This document shows, piece by piece, positions 20,413 through 29,312 of a stretch of 64,000 nucleotides of DNA. The stretch covers positions 11,206-75,205 of the forward strand of contig JAVEXP010000002.1 of NCBI GenBank assembly GCA_034003985.1. Reading direction: 5' to 3'. Made by a program: the position numbers and the translations under genes. The stretch comes from Patescibacteria group bacterium (GTDB lineage Bacteria; Patescibacteriota; Patescibacteriia; Buchananbacterales; UBA6539). The notes under the pieces were generated by a model. That model did no database searches and was not told the origin of the DNA. It was given only the letters and a program-made list of their open reading frames with translations. The first letter of the stretch is position 1; each line of letters begins with the position of its first letter.

Positions 20413-21690
20413 ATGTGGTTAAAAAAATTGATCCAAATTTGGAAAATCAAGGATTTGCGTAATAGTATTTTATTCGTCGCCGCGATGTTGGTGATATTTC
20501 GCGTGGCGGCTCATATTCCAATTCCTGGAATTGACACTCAGGCTCTGAGTGATTTTTTTGCGTCTAATCAGCTGTTGGGCATTATGAACATTTTGTCCGG
20601 CGGCGGGATGGAAAATTTTTCAATTGTCGCCATGGGTGTAGCACCTTACATTACGGCCTCCATTATTTTTCAGCTGTTGGTTATGATTATTCCCCAATTA
20701 GAGGAGCTTTCCAAAGAAGGGGAGGCTGGCCAGCGCAAAATCAATCAATGGACCAGATTATTAACCATCCCTTTGGCCGCGATGCAGGGTTATGGCTTGA
20801 TTGCTTTATTGAGTCGTTCATCTCAACAAATTTTCGGGACGCTTGATTCCTGGACATTATTTACCATCATTGTTACCTTGACTGGCGGCACGGTGTTTTT
20901 AATGTGGATTGGTGAGTTGATTTCGGAAAAGAATATCGGCAACGGTATTTCGTTGTTGATTTTTGCCGGTATTGTTTCCAGTATTCCCAGCACCGTTCAG
21001 CAAACTTTGTTGGTATTTGACAAATCTCAGTTGTTGAATATGGCAATTTTTATTGCGATTGCCATTATCACCATTGTTGGAGTAGTTGTTATCACCGAAG
21101 GTCAGCGCAATGTTCCGGTTTCTTATGCTCGTCGCGTAAGAGGTATGAAAATGTACGGCGGGGTTAACACTCACTTGCCTTTGCGGGTCAATATGGCCGG
21201 GGTTATTCCGATTATTTTTGCGATTTCAATTATTTTGTTGCCGACTATGGTTGCCCAATTTTTCTTGAGTGCTAAATCAGCTTTTTTGGTGACGGCCGCC
21301 GAACAAGTGATTGCTTTATTTCAAAATCAAATTTTTTACGGCGTGCTGTACTTTTTGTTGGTTTTTGGCTTTACCTATTTTTATACCGAGGTGGTTTTCA
21401 AACCAAATCAAATTGCCGAAAATTTACAGAAGCAGGGTGGATTCATTCCGGGCATTCGGCCTGGTAAGCATACGGAAGAATATCTGGCTCACACTACTCA
21501 TCGAATTATTTTAGCCGGTGCCATTTTTTTGGGCTTAATTGCCGTTTTGCCTTTGGTTGTCCGGAGCTTCACCGGGGTAGCCACTTTGGCTATCGGCGGT
21601 ACCAGTTTACTCATCGTCGTTTCAGTTGTTATTGAAACCTTCAAGCGCATTGAGTCGCAATTGACCATGCGTGATTACGAAGGTCTCTAA
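20413..21690 (+). CDS. secY: preprotein translocase subunit SecY
   Basis: 10-TM protein with SecY signature regions. 425 aa. Confidence 0.95.
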   Translation: MWLKKLIQIWKIKDLRNSILFVAAMLVIFRVAAHIPIPGIDTQALSDFFASNQLLGIMNILSGGGMENFSIVAMGVAPYITASIIFQLLVMIIPQLEELSKEGEAGQRKINQWTRLLTIPLAAMQGYGLIALLSRSSQQIFGTLDSWTLFTIIVTLTGGTVFLMWIGELISEKNIGNGISLLIFAGIVSSIPSTVQQTLLVFDKSQLLNMAIFIAIAIITIVGVVVITEGQRNVPVSYARRVRGMKMYGGVNTHLPLRVNMAGVIPIIFAISIILLPTMVAQFFLSAKSAFLVTAAEQVIALFQNQIFYGVLYFLLVFGFTYFYTEVVFKPNQIAENLQKQGGFIPGIRPGKHTEEYLAHTTHRIILAGAIFLGLIAVLPLVVRSFTGVATLAIGGTSLLIVVSVVIETFKRIESQLTMRDYEGL

Positions 21691-21742
21691 AGGCTTACGG
21701 CCAAATAGTTTTATTTAATTCACTGTTTGTCTTAAGCTTGGT

Positions 21743-21982
21743 ATGCCATTATTCTCTTCCAATAAAATTTTTAAAACCAGTCAACAGATTAAAGATGCTT
21801 TGTACCAGATCAAGAGTCTGGATTATCGCCAACGCCCCAATGTCTTTGAGGCGCTGGTTAAAGAGCTTGATGACGGGGGTGTTACTAAAGAAGAAATCAT
21901 TAGAGTTGTCGGCGAACTTCGGGCCAAAGGTGAAATTTCCGAAATCGACAAACGGCATCTATTGGGCTTGATCAATAAATAA
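21743..21982 (+). CDS. small hypothetical protein between secY and adk
   Basis: 79-aa ORF on the plus strand. An overlapping minus-strand ORF looks less protein-like. No family recognised. Confidence 0.4.
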   Translation: MPLFSSNKIFKTSQQIKDALYQIKSLDYRQRPNVFEALVKELDDGGVTKEEIIRVVGELRAKGEISEIDKRHLLGLINK

Positions 21983-22098
21983 GTCGTGTTGATGTTGGCT
22001 TTTGGTTAAACCTTGTATCCGTCAACAAGGTTTTGGCAATTATGAGTTTGGCGGAAGTCAAATTCCTGACTACAGAATTACTAATAATCTTTAACGAA

Positions 22099-22731
22099 AT
22101 GAATATCGTTATTTTCGGTCCCCAGGGATCAGGCAAGGGAACGCAGGCCGAATTTATTGCCCGGCGTCATGAATTGCCTTATATTTCAACCGGCGATATT
22201 TTTCGTTATCACCAAAAAAATCAGACTGAACTTGGCCAGCGCGTTGTTGAATATTTAACCAAAGGTTTGCTAGTTCCGGATGAATTGACGAATGAAATTA
22301 TCAAAGATCGGATTAATCAGCCGGATTGTACGGTGGGTTTTGTTTTGGACGGTTATCCGCGCAACCGCCAGCAGCTTGATTTCTTAAACAGTATTGCCAA
22401 AATCAATTTTGCGATCGTGATTGAAATTGACGACAATACGGCCGTTGAAAGATTGGGCGGGCGGTTGGCTTGTAAATGCGGTTTGAGTTATCATCTTCAA
22501 TATAATCCGCCTAAACAGGAAGGTGTCTGCAACAAATGTGGTCAGGGGCTATTTAAACGAGATGATGACCAGCCCGAAGCCATTAAACAGCGGTTGGCAA
22601 TTTATCATGAGCAAACCGAACCGCTGTTGGAAATTTACGAACAGTCGGGCAAACTGCATCGGGTAGACGGTTCAAAAGATATTGAAGGGGTCTATGCCCA
22701 AATTGATCAAATTATCTCCCAGCATAAATAA
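22099..22731 (+). CDS. adk: adenylate kinase (long form with Zn-binding LID)
   Basis: MNIVIFGPQGSGKGTQ P-loop, CKCG...CNKCG zinc knuckle in the LID. Start taken at the ATG at 22099. Confidence 0.9.
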   Translation: MNIVIFGPQGSGKGTQAEFIARRHELPYISTGDIFRYHQKNQTELGQRVVEYLTKGLLVPDELTNEIIKDRINQPDCTVGFVLDGYPRNRQQLDFLNSIAKINFAIVIEIDDNTAVERLGGRLACKCGLSYHLQYNPPKQEGVCNKCGQGLFKRDDDQPEAIKQRLAIYHEQTEPLLEIYEQSGKLHRVDGSKDIEGVYAQIDQIISQHK

Positions 22732-22742
22732 AGTTAAATTTT

Positions 22743-23519
22743 ATGATTACCATCAAAAAGCCCGAAGAAGTTGCGGTTATTCGTCAGGGCGGTCAAATTT
22801 TGGCTCAAATTCTTCGTGAGCTGCTCAATCAATCCAAAGTCGGTGTTACCACTCGGGAGATTGATGAGCTGGCTGAAAAAATGATTATTGAAGCCGGCGG
22901 TTTGCCGGCATTTAAAAACTATCCCTCAGACGGTTCCAGTCCGCCATTTCCTTCGACCGTTTGCGCTTCTGTCAATCAGCAGTTGGTGCATACTCCTCCC
23001 AGCGATTATCGGCTTCAAGATGGTGATATTTTTACCATTGATATCGGTATGGAGTATCCGGCCAAGGGTAGAGGATTTTTTACCGATATGGCGTTTACTG
23101 TTGCCGTTGGTAAAGTGCCAAAGTTGACAAAGAAACTGTTGACGGTCACTCAGGAATCGTTGATGCGGGGAATTCAGCAGGTTAGGCCCGGCAATCATAT
23201 TTCCGACATTTCTAAAGCGGTTCAGCACTATGTCGAACAACACGGTTTTTCCGTAGTTCGCCAATTAGTCGGACACGGAGTTGGTTATGAAGTTCACGAA
23301 GAACCGCGAATTCCTAATTTTTACGATCCGCGGCAAACCGATTTTGAATTACAGCCTGGAATGGTTTTAGCCATTGAACCAATGGTCAATATCGGTGAAG
23401 CAGCAGTTGATTTTTTGTCCGATGGCTGGACGGTGGTGACAGCCGACAACAGCCTTTGTGCTCATTTTGAGCATACCGTTGCCGTTACTGAACGCGGCGT
23501 GGAAATTTTAACTCGCTAA
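22743..23519 (+). CDS. map: methionine aminopeptidase type I
   Basis: MetAP-I fold signatures. 258 aa. Confidence 0.95.
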   Translation: MITIKKPEEVAVIRQGGQILAQILRELLNQSKVGVTTREIDELAEKMIIEAGGLPAFKNYPSDGSSPPFPSTVCASVNQQLVHTPPSDYRLQDGDIFTIDIGMEYPAKGRGFFTDMAFTVAVGKVPKLTKKLLTVTQESLMRGIQQVRPGNHISDISKAVQHYVEQHGFSVVRQLVGHGVGYEVHEEPRIPNFYDPRQTDFELQPGMVLAIEPMVNIGEAAVDFLSDGWTVVTADNSLCAHFEHTVAVTERGVEILTR

Positions 23520-23522
23520 TTT

Positions 23523-23954
23523 ATGGCCATTTTAGGAATTGATTATGGCGCCAAAAAAATCGGTTTGGCTAAATCAGATCAGCTTAAAAGTTTTGCTTTG
23601 CCTTTGAAAGTTTTAGCTAACACCGGCCGGGAAAAAGTTTTGTTAGAACTCAAAAAAATTTGCCAAGAAAACGAAATTGAAGCGATTGTTGTCGGCGTGC
23701 CAGTCAGCTTTCAAAACGGCGATAAAAAAACTTTCTGGCGCCAGAAGGATTTGCAGAACCAGCAGATGAAAGAAGTTTTGGCTTTCATCACTTGGCTTAA
23801 AGATAATATTGATTTACCGGTGGAAGTTGAAGATGAACGCCTAAGCACCAAGCTGGCTAACGGCTTACGCCGTGACCTGGTCAAAAAAGGTCCGGATGAC
23901 GCGGTCGCGGCGATGTTGATCTTGCAAACTTATTTGGACCAACTGCCAAAATAA
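23523..23954 (+). CDS. ruvX: Holliday junction resolvase-like protein YqgF/RuvX
   Basis: ILGIDYGAKKIGLA N-terminal motif. 143 aa. Confidence 0.8.
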   Translation: MAILGIDYGAKKIGLAKSDQLKSFALPLKVLANTGREKVLLELKKICQENEIEAIVVGVPVSFQNGDKKTFWRQKDLQNQQMKEVLAFITWLKDNIDLPVEVEDERLSTKLANGLRRDLVKKGPDDAVAAMLILQTYLDQLPK

Positions 23955-23956
23955 TC

Positions 23957-24514
23957 ATGGCTTCATATCAAGCTCAGGGAATTGTTTTAAAACAAACTGA
24001 TCATCAGGAAAATGATCAGCTTTTTACTATTTATACCCAGCAGCTTGGCAAAGTGATTGCTTTGGGGCGAGGGACTAAAAAAATTAACAGTAAACTTAAT
24101 TCCCATCTTCAACCTTGGTCGGTTGTTAATTTGCTGATTGCCAAAGGCAAAAACTACGATCATGTCGCCGGCGCGGTGATGATTAAAAATTTTTCAAATT
24201 TACGAACTGACCTTAAAAAAATTGTTTTAGCCAGCTTTGCTTTGGAAGTCATTGACAAATTGACCAAGACCGAAGAGGCTGATGACAAAATTTTTAATTT
24301 ACTTTTAAAATATTTGTTTGTCTTGGATACTAATGATTTTTCCCAAGTCGACTGGCAGTTGATTAAAAAAGCTTTCACTGTTAAGTTGCTGACACTCTTG
24401 GGATTTGGCCCAAGTCAAAATATCATTAATGATGATTTTAAATTGGATGATTTTTTAACCAATCAGCTTGAGTCTGAGCTTAAAACTAAGCGTTTTTTTT
24501 CTTATTTAAGCTAA
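23957..24514 (+). CDS. recO: RecO-like DNA repair protein (short form)
   Basis: N-terminal OB-fold region resembles RecO (QGIVLK...GRGTKK...LQP). Low similarity overall. Confidence 0.5.
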   Translation: MASYQAQGIVLKQTDHQENDQLFTIYTQQLGKVIALGRGTKKINSKLNSHLQPWSVVNLLIAKGKNYDHVAGAVMIKNFSNLRTDLKKIVLASFALEVIDKLTKTEEADDKIFNLLLKYLFVLDTNDFSQVDWQLIKKAFTVKLLTLLGFGPSQNIINDDFKLDDFLTNQLESELKTKRFFSYLS

Positions 24515-24524
24515 GTTTCAAGTC

Positions 24525-24553
24525 TTGACTTATATTTAGGTTTGTAGTAAAAT
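24525..24553 (+). promoter_or_regulatory. near-consensus sigma70 promoter (TTGACT - 17 nt - TAAAAT) for the GC-rich island gene
   Basis: Read directly. Followed by AGGAGG at 24561-24566. Confidence 0.45.
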
Positions 24554-24575
24554 AGACCGAAGGAGGTTGTGAACA

Positions 24576-25892
24576 TTGACAACCTTGGAATTAACGGCAC
24601 GAGCCGTTATTTTTTTGTGTCATTTTGGCAGGAAACTGGCAGGAAACCTAAACGGAGGATCAGCAGGTATGCCGAATTCAAAGAAAAAAGCAGCAGTAAC
24701 AGTCAAAGCGGAAGACCTTGGAAAGTGGTATCCGCTTGACCCCTACGCCCAAGGGTTCATGGACATGGCGATGGAGAATGGAGGCTTCATCAACTTCCAT
24801 AGCCATCTTGATCGGGCTTACACCTTGGCTCCGGAGTACCTGGAGCACATCGGGACAACGCCCCTGGAAATGGCTGGCGCTCCGCTGACCGTCAAGCAGC
24901 AGGCGGTGGGTAATATCCATCGCGGCAAGGCCTATACCGAAAGCGACTTGCGCGACCGGGTATCCTTGGTCTTGCGCCACTTGATCGCTTACGGTACCAC
25001 GGAGTGTTGGACCTGCGTCGATACCTGTCCGGGCATCGCCGAAGAAGGTCTCTTGGCCTGGCGGGTGATGCGGGAGCTTCGGGAGGAATTCCACGACCGG
25101 ATTGTTCTCAAAGTGGGACCGAGTCCGATTTTCGGTCTCAAACAGGGCAGCGGTCGTTGGGAAACCTATCAGGCCGCCGCGCAGTCGGCCGATTTCTTGA
25201 CGGGGTTGCCGGAAAAGGACGATTTTGATGTCAATAATGGCCGTCTTCATCGCGACGGCAAGGTTGGTTTCGAGCAGCATGTTCGGCGTTTGGTGCAATT
25301 GGCTTGTGACAGCAATAAGGAGCTGCATCTCCATTTGGACCAGACCGGTGAACCGACCGAACACGGCACCTTCCGCACCATTGATGTGATCGATACGATG
25401 GAGCAGGAGGTGATCGACTGGGTGATTGGTGATGGCATTCATCCCAAGATCTGGGCGGTTCACATGTTGTCGCCGTCCTCGTATTCCGAGGAGAAGTTCC
25501 GGCGCTTGCTTGATGCCCTGCTGCGCCTGAATATCGGGCTGATCGTCTGCCCGACGGCGGCGGTGTCGATGCGCCAGCAGCGTCCGGTGATGGTGCCGAT
25601 GCACAGTAGCATCGCACGGATGCTGGAGTGTCTGAAAGTTGGTGTCAAAGTCCGGTTCGGATCGGACAACATCAACGACATGATGGTTCCCGCGGGTGAC
25701 GGTAACATGTGCACCGAGATTTTGCGGGTAGGAACCCATGTACTGCGCTGCTATCTGTCGCAGGTGTTGTCCAAGTTGGCCGCCGGCGTTGCCCTCAACG
25801 AAGTTGACCGCGCCCGGATCGGCAACGCTCTGTACCAGGACCGGCAAGCCTGGGCCAGACTCAACCCCGGATTCCAAGCGGCGGTCGAATAA
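24576..25892 (+). CDS. amidohydrolase superfamily protein, cytosine-deaminase (CodA)-like
   Basis: INFHSHLD (HxH), LHLHLDQTGE, VHMLS, and FGSDNINDMMVPAGDGNM aligning with the CodA FGHDDVFDPWYPLGTANM region. About 60% GC. TTG start with AGGAGG RBS; an alternative ATG start lies at 24669. Confidence 0.7.
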   Translation: MTTLELTARAVIFLCHFGRKLAGNLNGGSAGMPNSKKKAAVTVKAEDLGKWYPLDPYAQGFMDMAMENGGFINFHSHLDRAYTLAPEYLEHIGTTPLEMAGAPLTVKQQAVGNIHRGKAYTESDLRDRVSLVLRHLIAYGTTECWTCVDTCPGIAEEGLLAWRVMRELREEFHDRIVLKVGPSPIFGLKQGSGRWETYQAAAQSADFLTGLPEKDDFDVNNGRLHRDGKVGFEQHVRRLVQLACDSNKELHLHLDQTGEPTEHGTFRTIDVIDTMEQEVIDWVIGDGIHPKIWAVHMLSPSSYSEEKFRRLLDALLRLNIGLIVCPTAAVSMRQQRPVMVPMHSSIARMLECLKVGVKVRFGSDNINDMMVPAGDGNMCTEILRVGTHVLRCYLSQVLSKLAAGVALNEVDRARIGNALYQDRQAWARLNPGFQAAVE

Positions 25893-25914
25893 GACCGTGT
25901 TCCTTGCCTACCAG

Positions 25915-25962
25915 CTCCGTTTCGTTCAACCTACGGGTTAGACGAAACGGAGTATTTTTTTA
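25915..25962 (+). terminator. rho-independent terminator (CTCCGTTTCGT...ACGAAACGGAG + TATTTTTTT)
   Basis: Read directly, 23 nt after the amidohydrolase stop. Confidence 0.6.
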
Positions 25963-26004
25963 TAAAAAATTTGACCTAGCCGAAGTTATAGCGACGGCTA
26001 GGTC
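25961..26004 (-). terminator. stem-loop GACCTAGCC...GGCTAGGTC, followed on the minus strand by a T-rich run; terminator for the convergent minus-strand ORF
   Basis: Read directly. Confidence 0.4.
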
Positions 26005-26030
26005 GTATGAGGGGGGGGGTGAGGGTTGGC

Positions 26031-26309
26031 TTAGCTTGCGCTCCCGAACAGGGGGGAGTTGCCGATATGGACGAAAACGAGTCGTCTGTCGTCGCTCCCG
26101 GGTTCGGGAATGGTGACTTCGTTTCGCACATGGGCGTTCTCCTTCTTGCTGGTTGCATGGGCGTTGGGCCTCCCTTTGATGGCCAGGAGCTCTTCTTGCG
26201 ACACACTGAGTGTCTTGTCGTCTTGCCCCATGGCCTGTCGAATGAGCTGGCAACACCTGCTTGTGCAGGCGTTGACTCCGCGAGAACTGGCGTGGGTTTG
26301 GGTAACCAT
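26031..26309 (-). CDS. small hypothetical protein (92 aa) in GC-rich island
   Basis: GGAAAGGAGAA RBS 6 nt before the ATG. Third-codon-position GC is high, matching the island. Terminator hairpin downstream. An alternative plus-strand ORF (26067..26345, with a GGGGGGAG RBS) cannot be excluded. Confidence 0.35.
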   Translation of the reverse strand: MVTQTHASSRGVNACTSRCCQLIRQAMGQDDKTLSVSQEELLAIKGRPNAHATSKKENAHVRNEVTIPEPGSDDRRLVFVHIGNSPLFGSAS

Positions 26310-26477
26310 GCTGGTTCTCCTTTCCTCAGTAATTGGGCTTTTTAGTAAAGCCCGGCTGCGGTTATTCTGAGAAGTTCATCATAGCTCATAATGATTTTTT
26401 TGTCAAGGTTCATGGCTTGCCAAAGAGCCCATATTTAGGTAGAATAAAGTTATTAATTAGCTAATTTTTTTATTTTT

Positions 26478-27932
26478 ATGTCCAGAATCGCCATTGCGGA
26501 GGTGGTCGAAAAAGCCGGTCAAAAAGTAACGGTTTCAGGCTGGGTTCATGCCCGCCGTGATCATGGCAAGATTATTTTTATTGATTTGCGCGATCGTTCG
26601 GGGCTACTTCAGATTGTATTTGAGCCAAAATTTGAGCAGGCCCATACCTTAGCCAATAATCTTCGTTCGGAATTTGTGGTGGAAATTCAGGGTAAGATCA
26701 ACAAGCGTCCGGATAATATGATTAACGATAAAATCCTTACCGGCACAGTGGAAATGACTGGCGAAGACTTAAAAATTTTAAACGAAGCCAAAACTTCGCC
26801 TTTTGAAATTGATAAAGATACCAGCGATGTTGGCGAGGAAATCAGGCTCAAATATCGTTACTTGGATCTGCGGTCAGAGCGGATGAAGAATAACATGGTA
26901 ATGCGTTATCGGGTAACTAAGTTTATTCGCGATTATTTGGACAATCAGGGATTCTTGGAAATTGAAACCCCGATTTTAACCAAAGGCACGCCTGAAGGCG
27001 CCAGAGAATTTTTGGTTCCTTCCAGAATTTGGCCGGGACAGTTTTATGTTTTGCCCCAATCGCCCCAGCAGTTCAAGCAGCTTTTAATGGTGGCTGGCGC
27101 AGAAAAATATTTTCAGATTGCCAGATGTTTCCGCGATGAAGACACCAGGGGAGATAGGCAGGCCGAATTTACCCAGCTTGATCTGGAGATGAGTTTTGTT
27201 GAACAAGAAGATATTTTTCAGCTGATTGAACCAATGATGATCGAATTGGTTGAGACACTGTATCCTCAGAAAAAAATTACGGCCAAGCCCTTTCCTCGGC
27301 TGACTTATGCGGAGTGTATGGAAAAATACGGGACCGACAAGCCTGACTTAAGAAAAAATAAGGAAGATGGCAATGAGCTGGCTTTTATGTGGCTGATTGA
27401 CCCGCCGATGTTTAAATATTCTGAAACCGAAAAAAAACTGGTGGCCAGTCATCATCCTTTTACTATGCCTAATTTGGAAGACATGGAAAAGAATCCAGAC
27501 CAGCCTAGAGAGTGGCGAGCTTATGGTTATGACTTGGTTTTAAATGGTTTTGAAATTGCCGGCGGCTCAATCAGAATCCACCGTCGTGATATTCAGCAAA
27601 AAATCTTTGAGCTTTTGGGAGTTGGCCAAAAAGAAATTGAATCCAGGTTCGGCCACATGCTTGAAGCTTTCAGCTTCGGTGCGCCGCCTCATGGCGGGAT
27701 TGCCCCGGGTATTGATCGGATTATGGCGATTTTGCAGAATGAGCCCAACATTCGAGAGGTGATTGTATTTCCTAAAACCGGGGACAGCCGTGATTTGATG
27801 ATGGGCGCGCCAAGTCCAGTTAGTTCCAAAGCTTTGAAAGAGGCTAATGTCAGGATATCCGATGAAGCCATTGCTCAAGCCAAGGAAAAAGGAGAAAATC
27901 TCGAAGGTTTTGATACGGCCATGGCCGATTAA
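26478..27932 (+). CDS. aspS: aspartyl-tRNA synthetase, bacterial-type catalytic core but short (484 aa, apparently lacking the GAD insertion domain)
   Basis: N-terminal OB domain, motif 2 FRDEDTRGDRQAEFTQLDLEMSF, motif 3 GGIAPGIDRI. Confidence 0.9.
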   Translation: MSRIAIAEVVEKAGQKVTVSGWVHARRDHGKIIFIDLRDRSGLLQIVFEPKFEQAHTLANNLRSEFVVEIQGKINKRPDNMINDKILTGTVEMTGEDLKILNEAKTSPFEIDKDTSDVGEEIRLKYRYLDLRSERMKNNMVMRYRVTKFIRDYLDNQGFLEIETPILTKGTPEGAREFLVPSRIWPGQFYVLPQSPQQFKQLLMVAGAEKYFQIARCFRDEDTRGDRQAEFTQLDLEMSFVEQEDIFQLIEPMMIELVETLYPQKKITAKPFPRLTYAECMEKYGTDKPDLRKNKEDGNELAFMWLIDPPMFKYSETEKKLVASHHPFTMPNLEDMEKNPDQPREWRAYGYDLVLNGFEIAGGSIRIHRRDIQQKIFELLGVGQKEIESRFGHMLEAFSFGAPPHGGIAPGIDRIMAILQNEPNIREVIVFPKTGDSRDLMMGAPSPVSSKALKEANVRISDEAIAQAKEKGENLEGFDTAMAD

Positions 27933-27991
27933 TGTAGCGCCGAAGTTCATTCACTCTAATACATTATTAATTAGGTCTTACCGCTAACGGG

Positions 27992-28309
27992 ATGAAACTT
28001 TCCGCTTTACAAAAATATATTTTGAAGCAGGCCTACCAGACAAAAGACAAAACCATTTCCAAATTAGGCTTGGAAAAGTTTTACAGTAACGCCAAAACCA
28101 AGCCTAAACCCAAAGATCTGGCTAATATCATCACCAAGAGTGTTGAGCGCTTGATTAAGAAAGAGCTAGTTATCGGTTATGGCTGGCGGACTGCTTGTAA
28201 ATGGTTTATTGATAAAGCCAGGCTCACCCCTCAAGGCAATAAAGTGGCCAGAGAGTTGTTTGGTATTCAACCGCCGCTACCGTTTAAAAAGCTAAAGAAA
28301 ATAAAATAA
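27992..28309 (+). CDS. small basic hypothetical protein
   Basis: 105-aa ORF, K-rich. No family recognised. Confidence 0.4.
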   Translation: MKLSALQKYILKQAYQTKDKTISKLGLEKFYSNAKTKPKPKDLANIITKSVERLIKKELVIGYGWRTACKWFIDKARLTPQGNKVARELFGIQPPLPFKKLKKIK

Positions 28310-28351
28310 AATTAAAAACTCAAAATTAGAAATTAAAATTAATTTAAATTT

Positions 28352-29293
28352 ATGTACGATCAAACTCCATCCGAACAATTTAAAGGCAAAGGTGCGCTGG
28401 ATGCCTTTTTTAATTTGTTTAGCCTAATCACTTTAAGCTGGACATCAATTGCCGTTGGTATTATTTTATTTCAGCTTATTGATAAGTTTCTTAGTCCGGG
28501 CACGGTCAGCGGTTTAAGCCGGTTTTCCCAGTCCGGGCTAAAGTTTGGCGTGGCTTCAGCCTTGATTGTTACGCCAATTTTTTTGTTGATTATTAATTTA
28601 CTACATAAAAACTATCGCCAGGGAAATTTAAATCCCCAAAGTGGAGTTTACCGTTGGTTGACTTATTTAATTTTATTAGTTGCCGCGTTAAATATTATCG
28701 GCCGGTTGATTCAGTTGGTTTTTCAGTTGCTTAATGGCGATTATACAATGTCGAGCATTTTGAAGATCGTGGTGGTTTTGTTGATTGCCGGAGCGATTTT
28801 TGGCTATTATCTTTATGATTTGCGCCGTAAAGACTATTCTAAGCGCAGCAATGTTTCGTTGGCATTTTTTGTGCTTACAATTGTTGTCGCTTTGGCGTCG
28901 ATCATTGGCAGTTTCTTTATTATCGATACGCCGTATCAGGCTCGGTTGAAAAATTTTGACCGTCAGCGCGCGGACGATTTAAGCAACTTAAACAGCAATA
29001 TTAGGTCTTATTTTTACGAAAAGCAAGTTTTGCCGTCAGATTTAAACTCCGGCCAGTTTGCTGTTTTTAAAGATCCGGCCACTTTGCAGTCCTATGAGTA
29101 TAATATTTTGAGCGAAGATGAATACGAACTTTGCGCTACTTTCAGTCTTAAAATAACCACCGAAGACGACGACTATCGTTATTACGCCGCCGAAGAATGG
29201 CATTTTCACGACGCCGGTTACCAGTGCTTCAAACAGTTGATTAACGAAGACATGAAACAGGGTTCAGCTCTTCGCCCGGTGATTGTTCAATAA
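28352..29293 (+). CDS. hypothetical polytopic membrane protein
   Basis: 313 aa with about 5 TM segments and a soluble C-terminal domain. Confidence 0.5.
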   Translation: MYDQTPSEQFKGKGALDAFFNLFSLITLSWTSIAVGIILFQLIDKFLSPGTVSGLSRFSQSGLKFGVASALIVTPIFLLIINLLHKNYRQGNLNPQSGVYRWLTYLILLVAALNIIGRLIQLVFQLLNGDYTMSSILKIVVVLLIAGAIFGYYLYDLRRKDYSKRSNVSLAFFVLTIVVALASIIGSFFIIDTPYQARLKNFDRQRADDLSNLNSNIRSYFYEKQVLPSDLNSGQFAVFKDPATLQSYEYNILSEDEYELCATFSLKITTEDDDYRYYAAEEWHFHDAGYQCFKQLINEDMKQGSALRPVIVQ

Positions 29294-29312
29294 TTATTAA
29301 CATAAAATTATT

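Noticed and set aside
24678-25877. 399-aa minus-strand ORF antisense to the amidohydrolase, plus several 60-130-aa nested ORFs at 25004-25941
   Set aside because: Same high-GC antisense artefact. The plus-strand frame carries the HxH...H...D amidohydrolase signature.
26007-26370. Plus-strand ORFs (112 and 103 aa) overlapping the minus-strand small gene
   Set aside because: Third-codon-position GC is lower than in the island's confirmed gene, and no convincing terminator follows. Kept only as an alternative, because an ATG at 26067 has a GGGGGGAG RBS.
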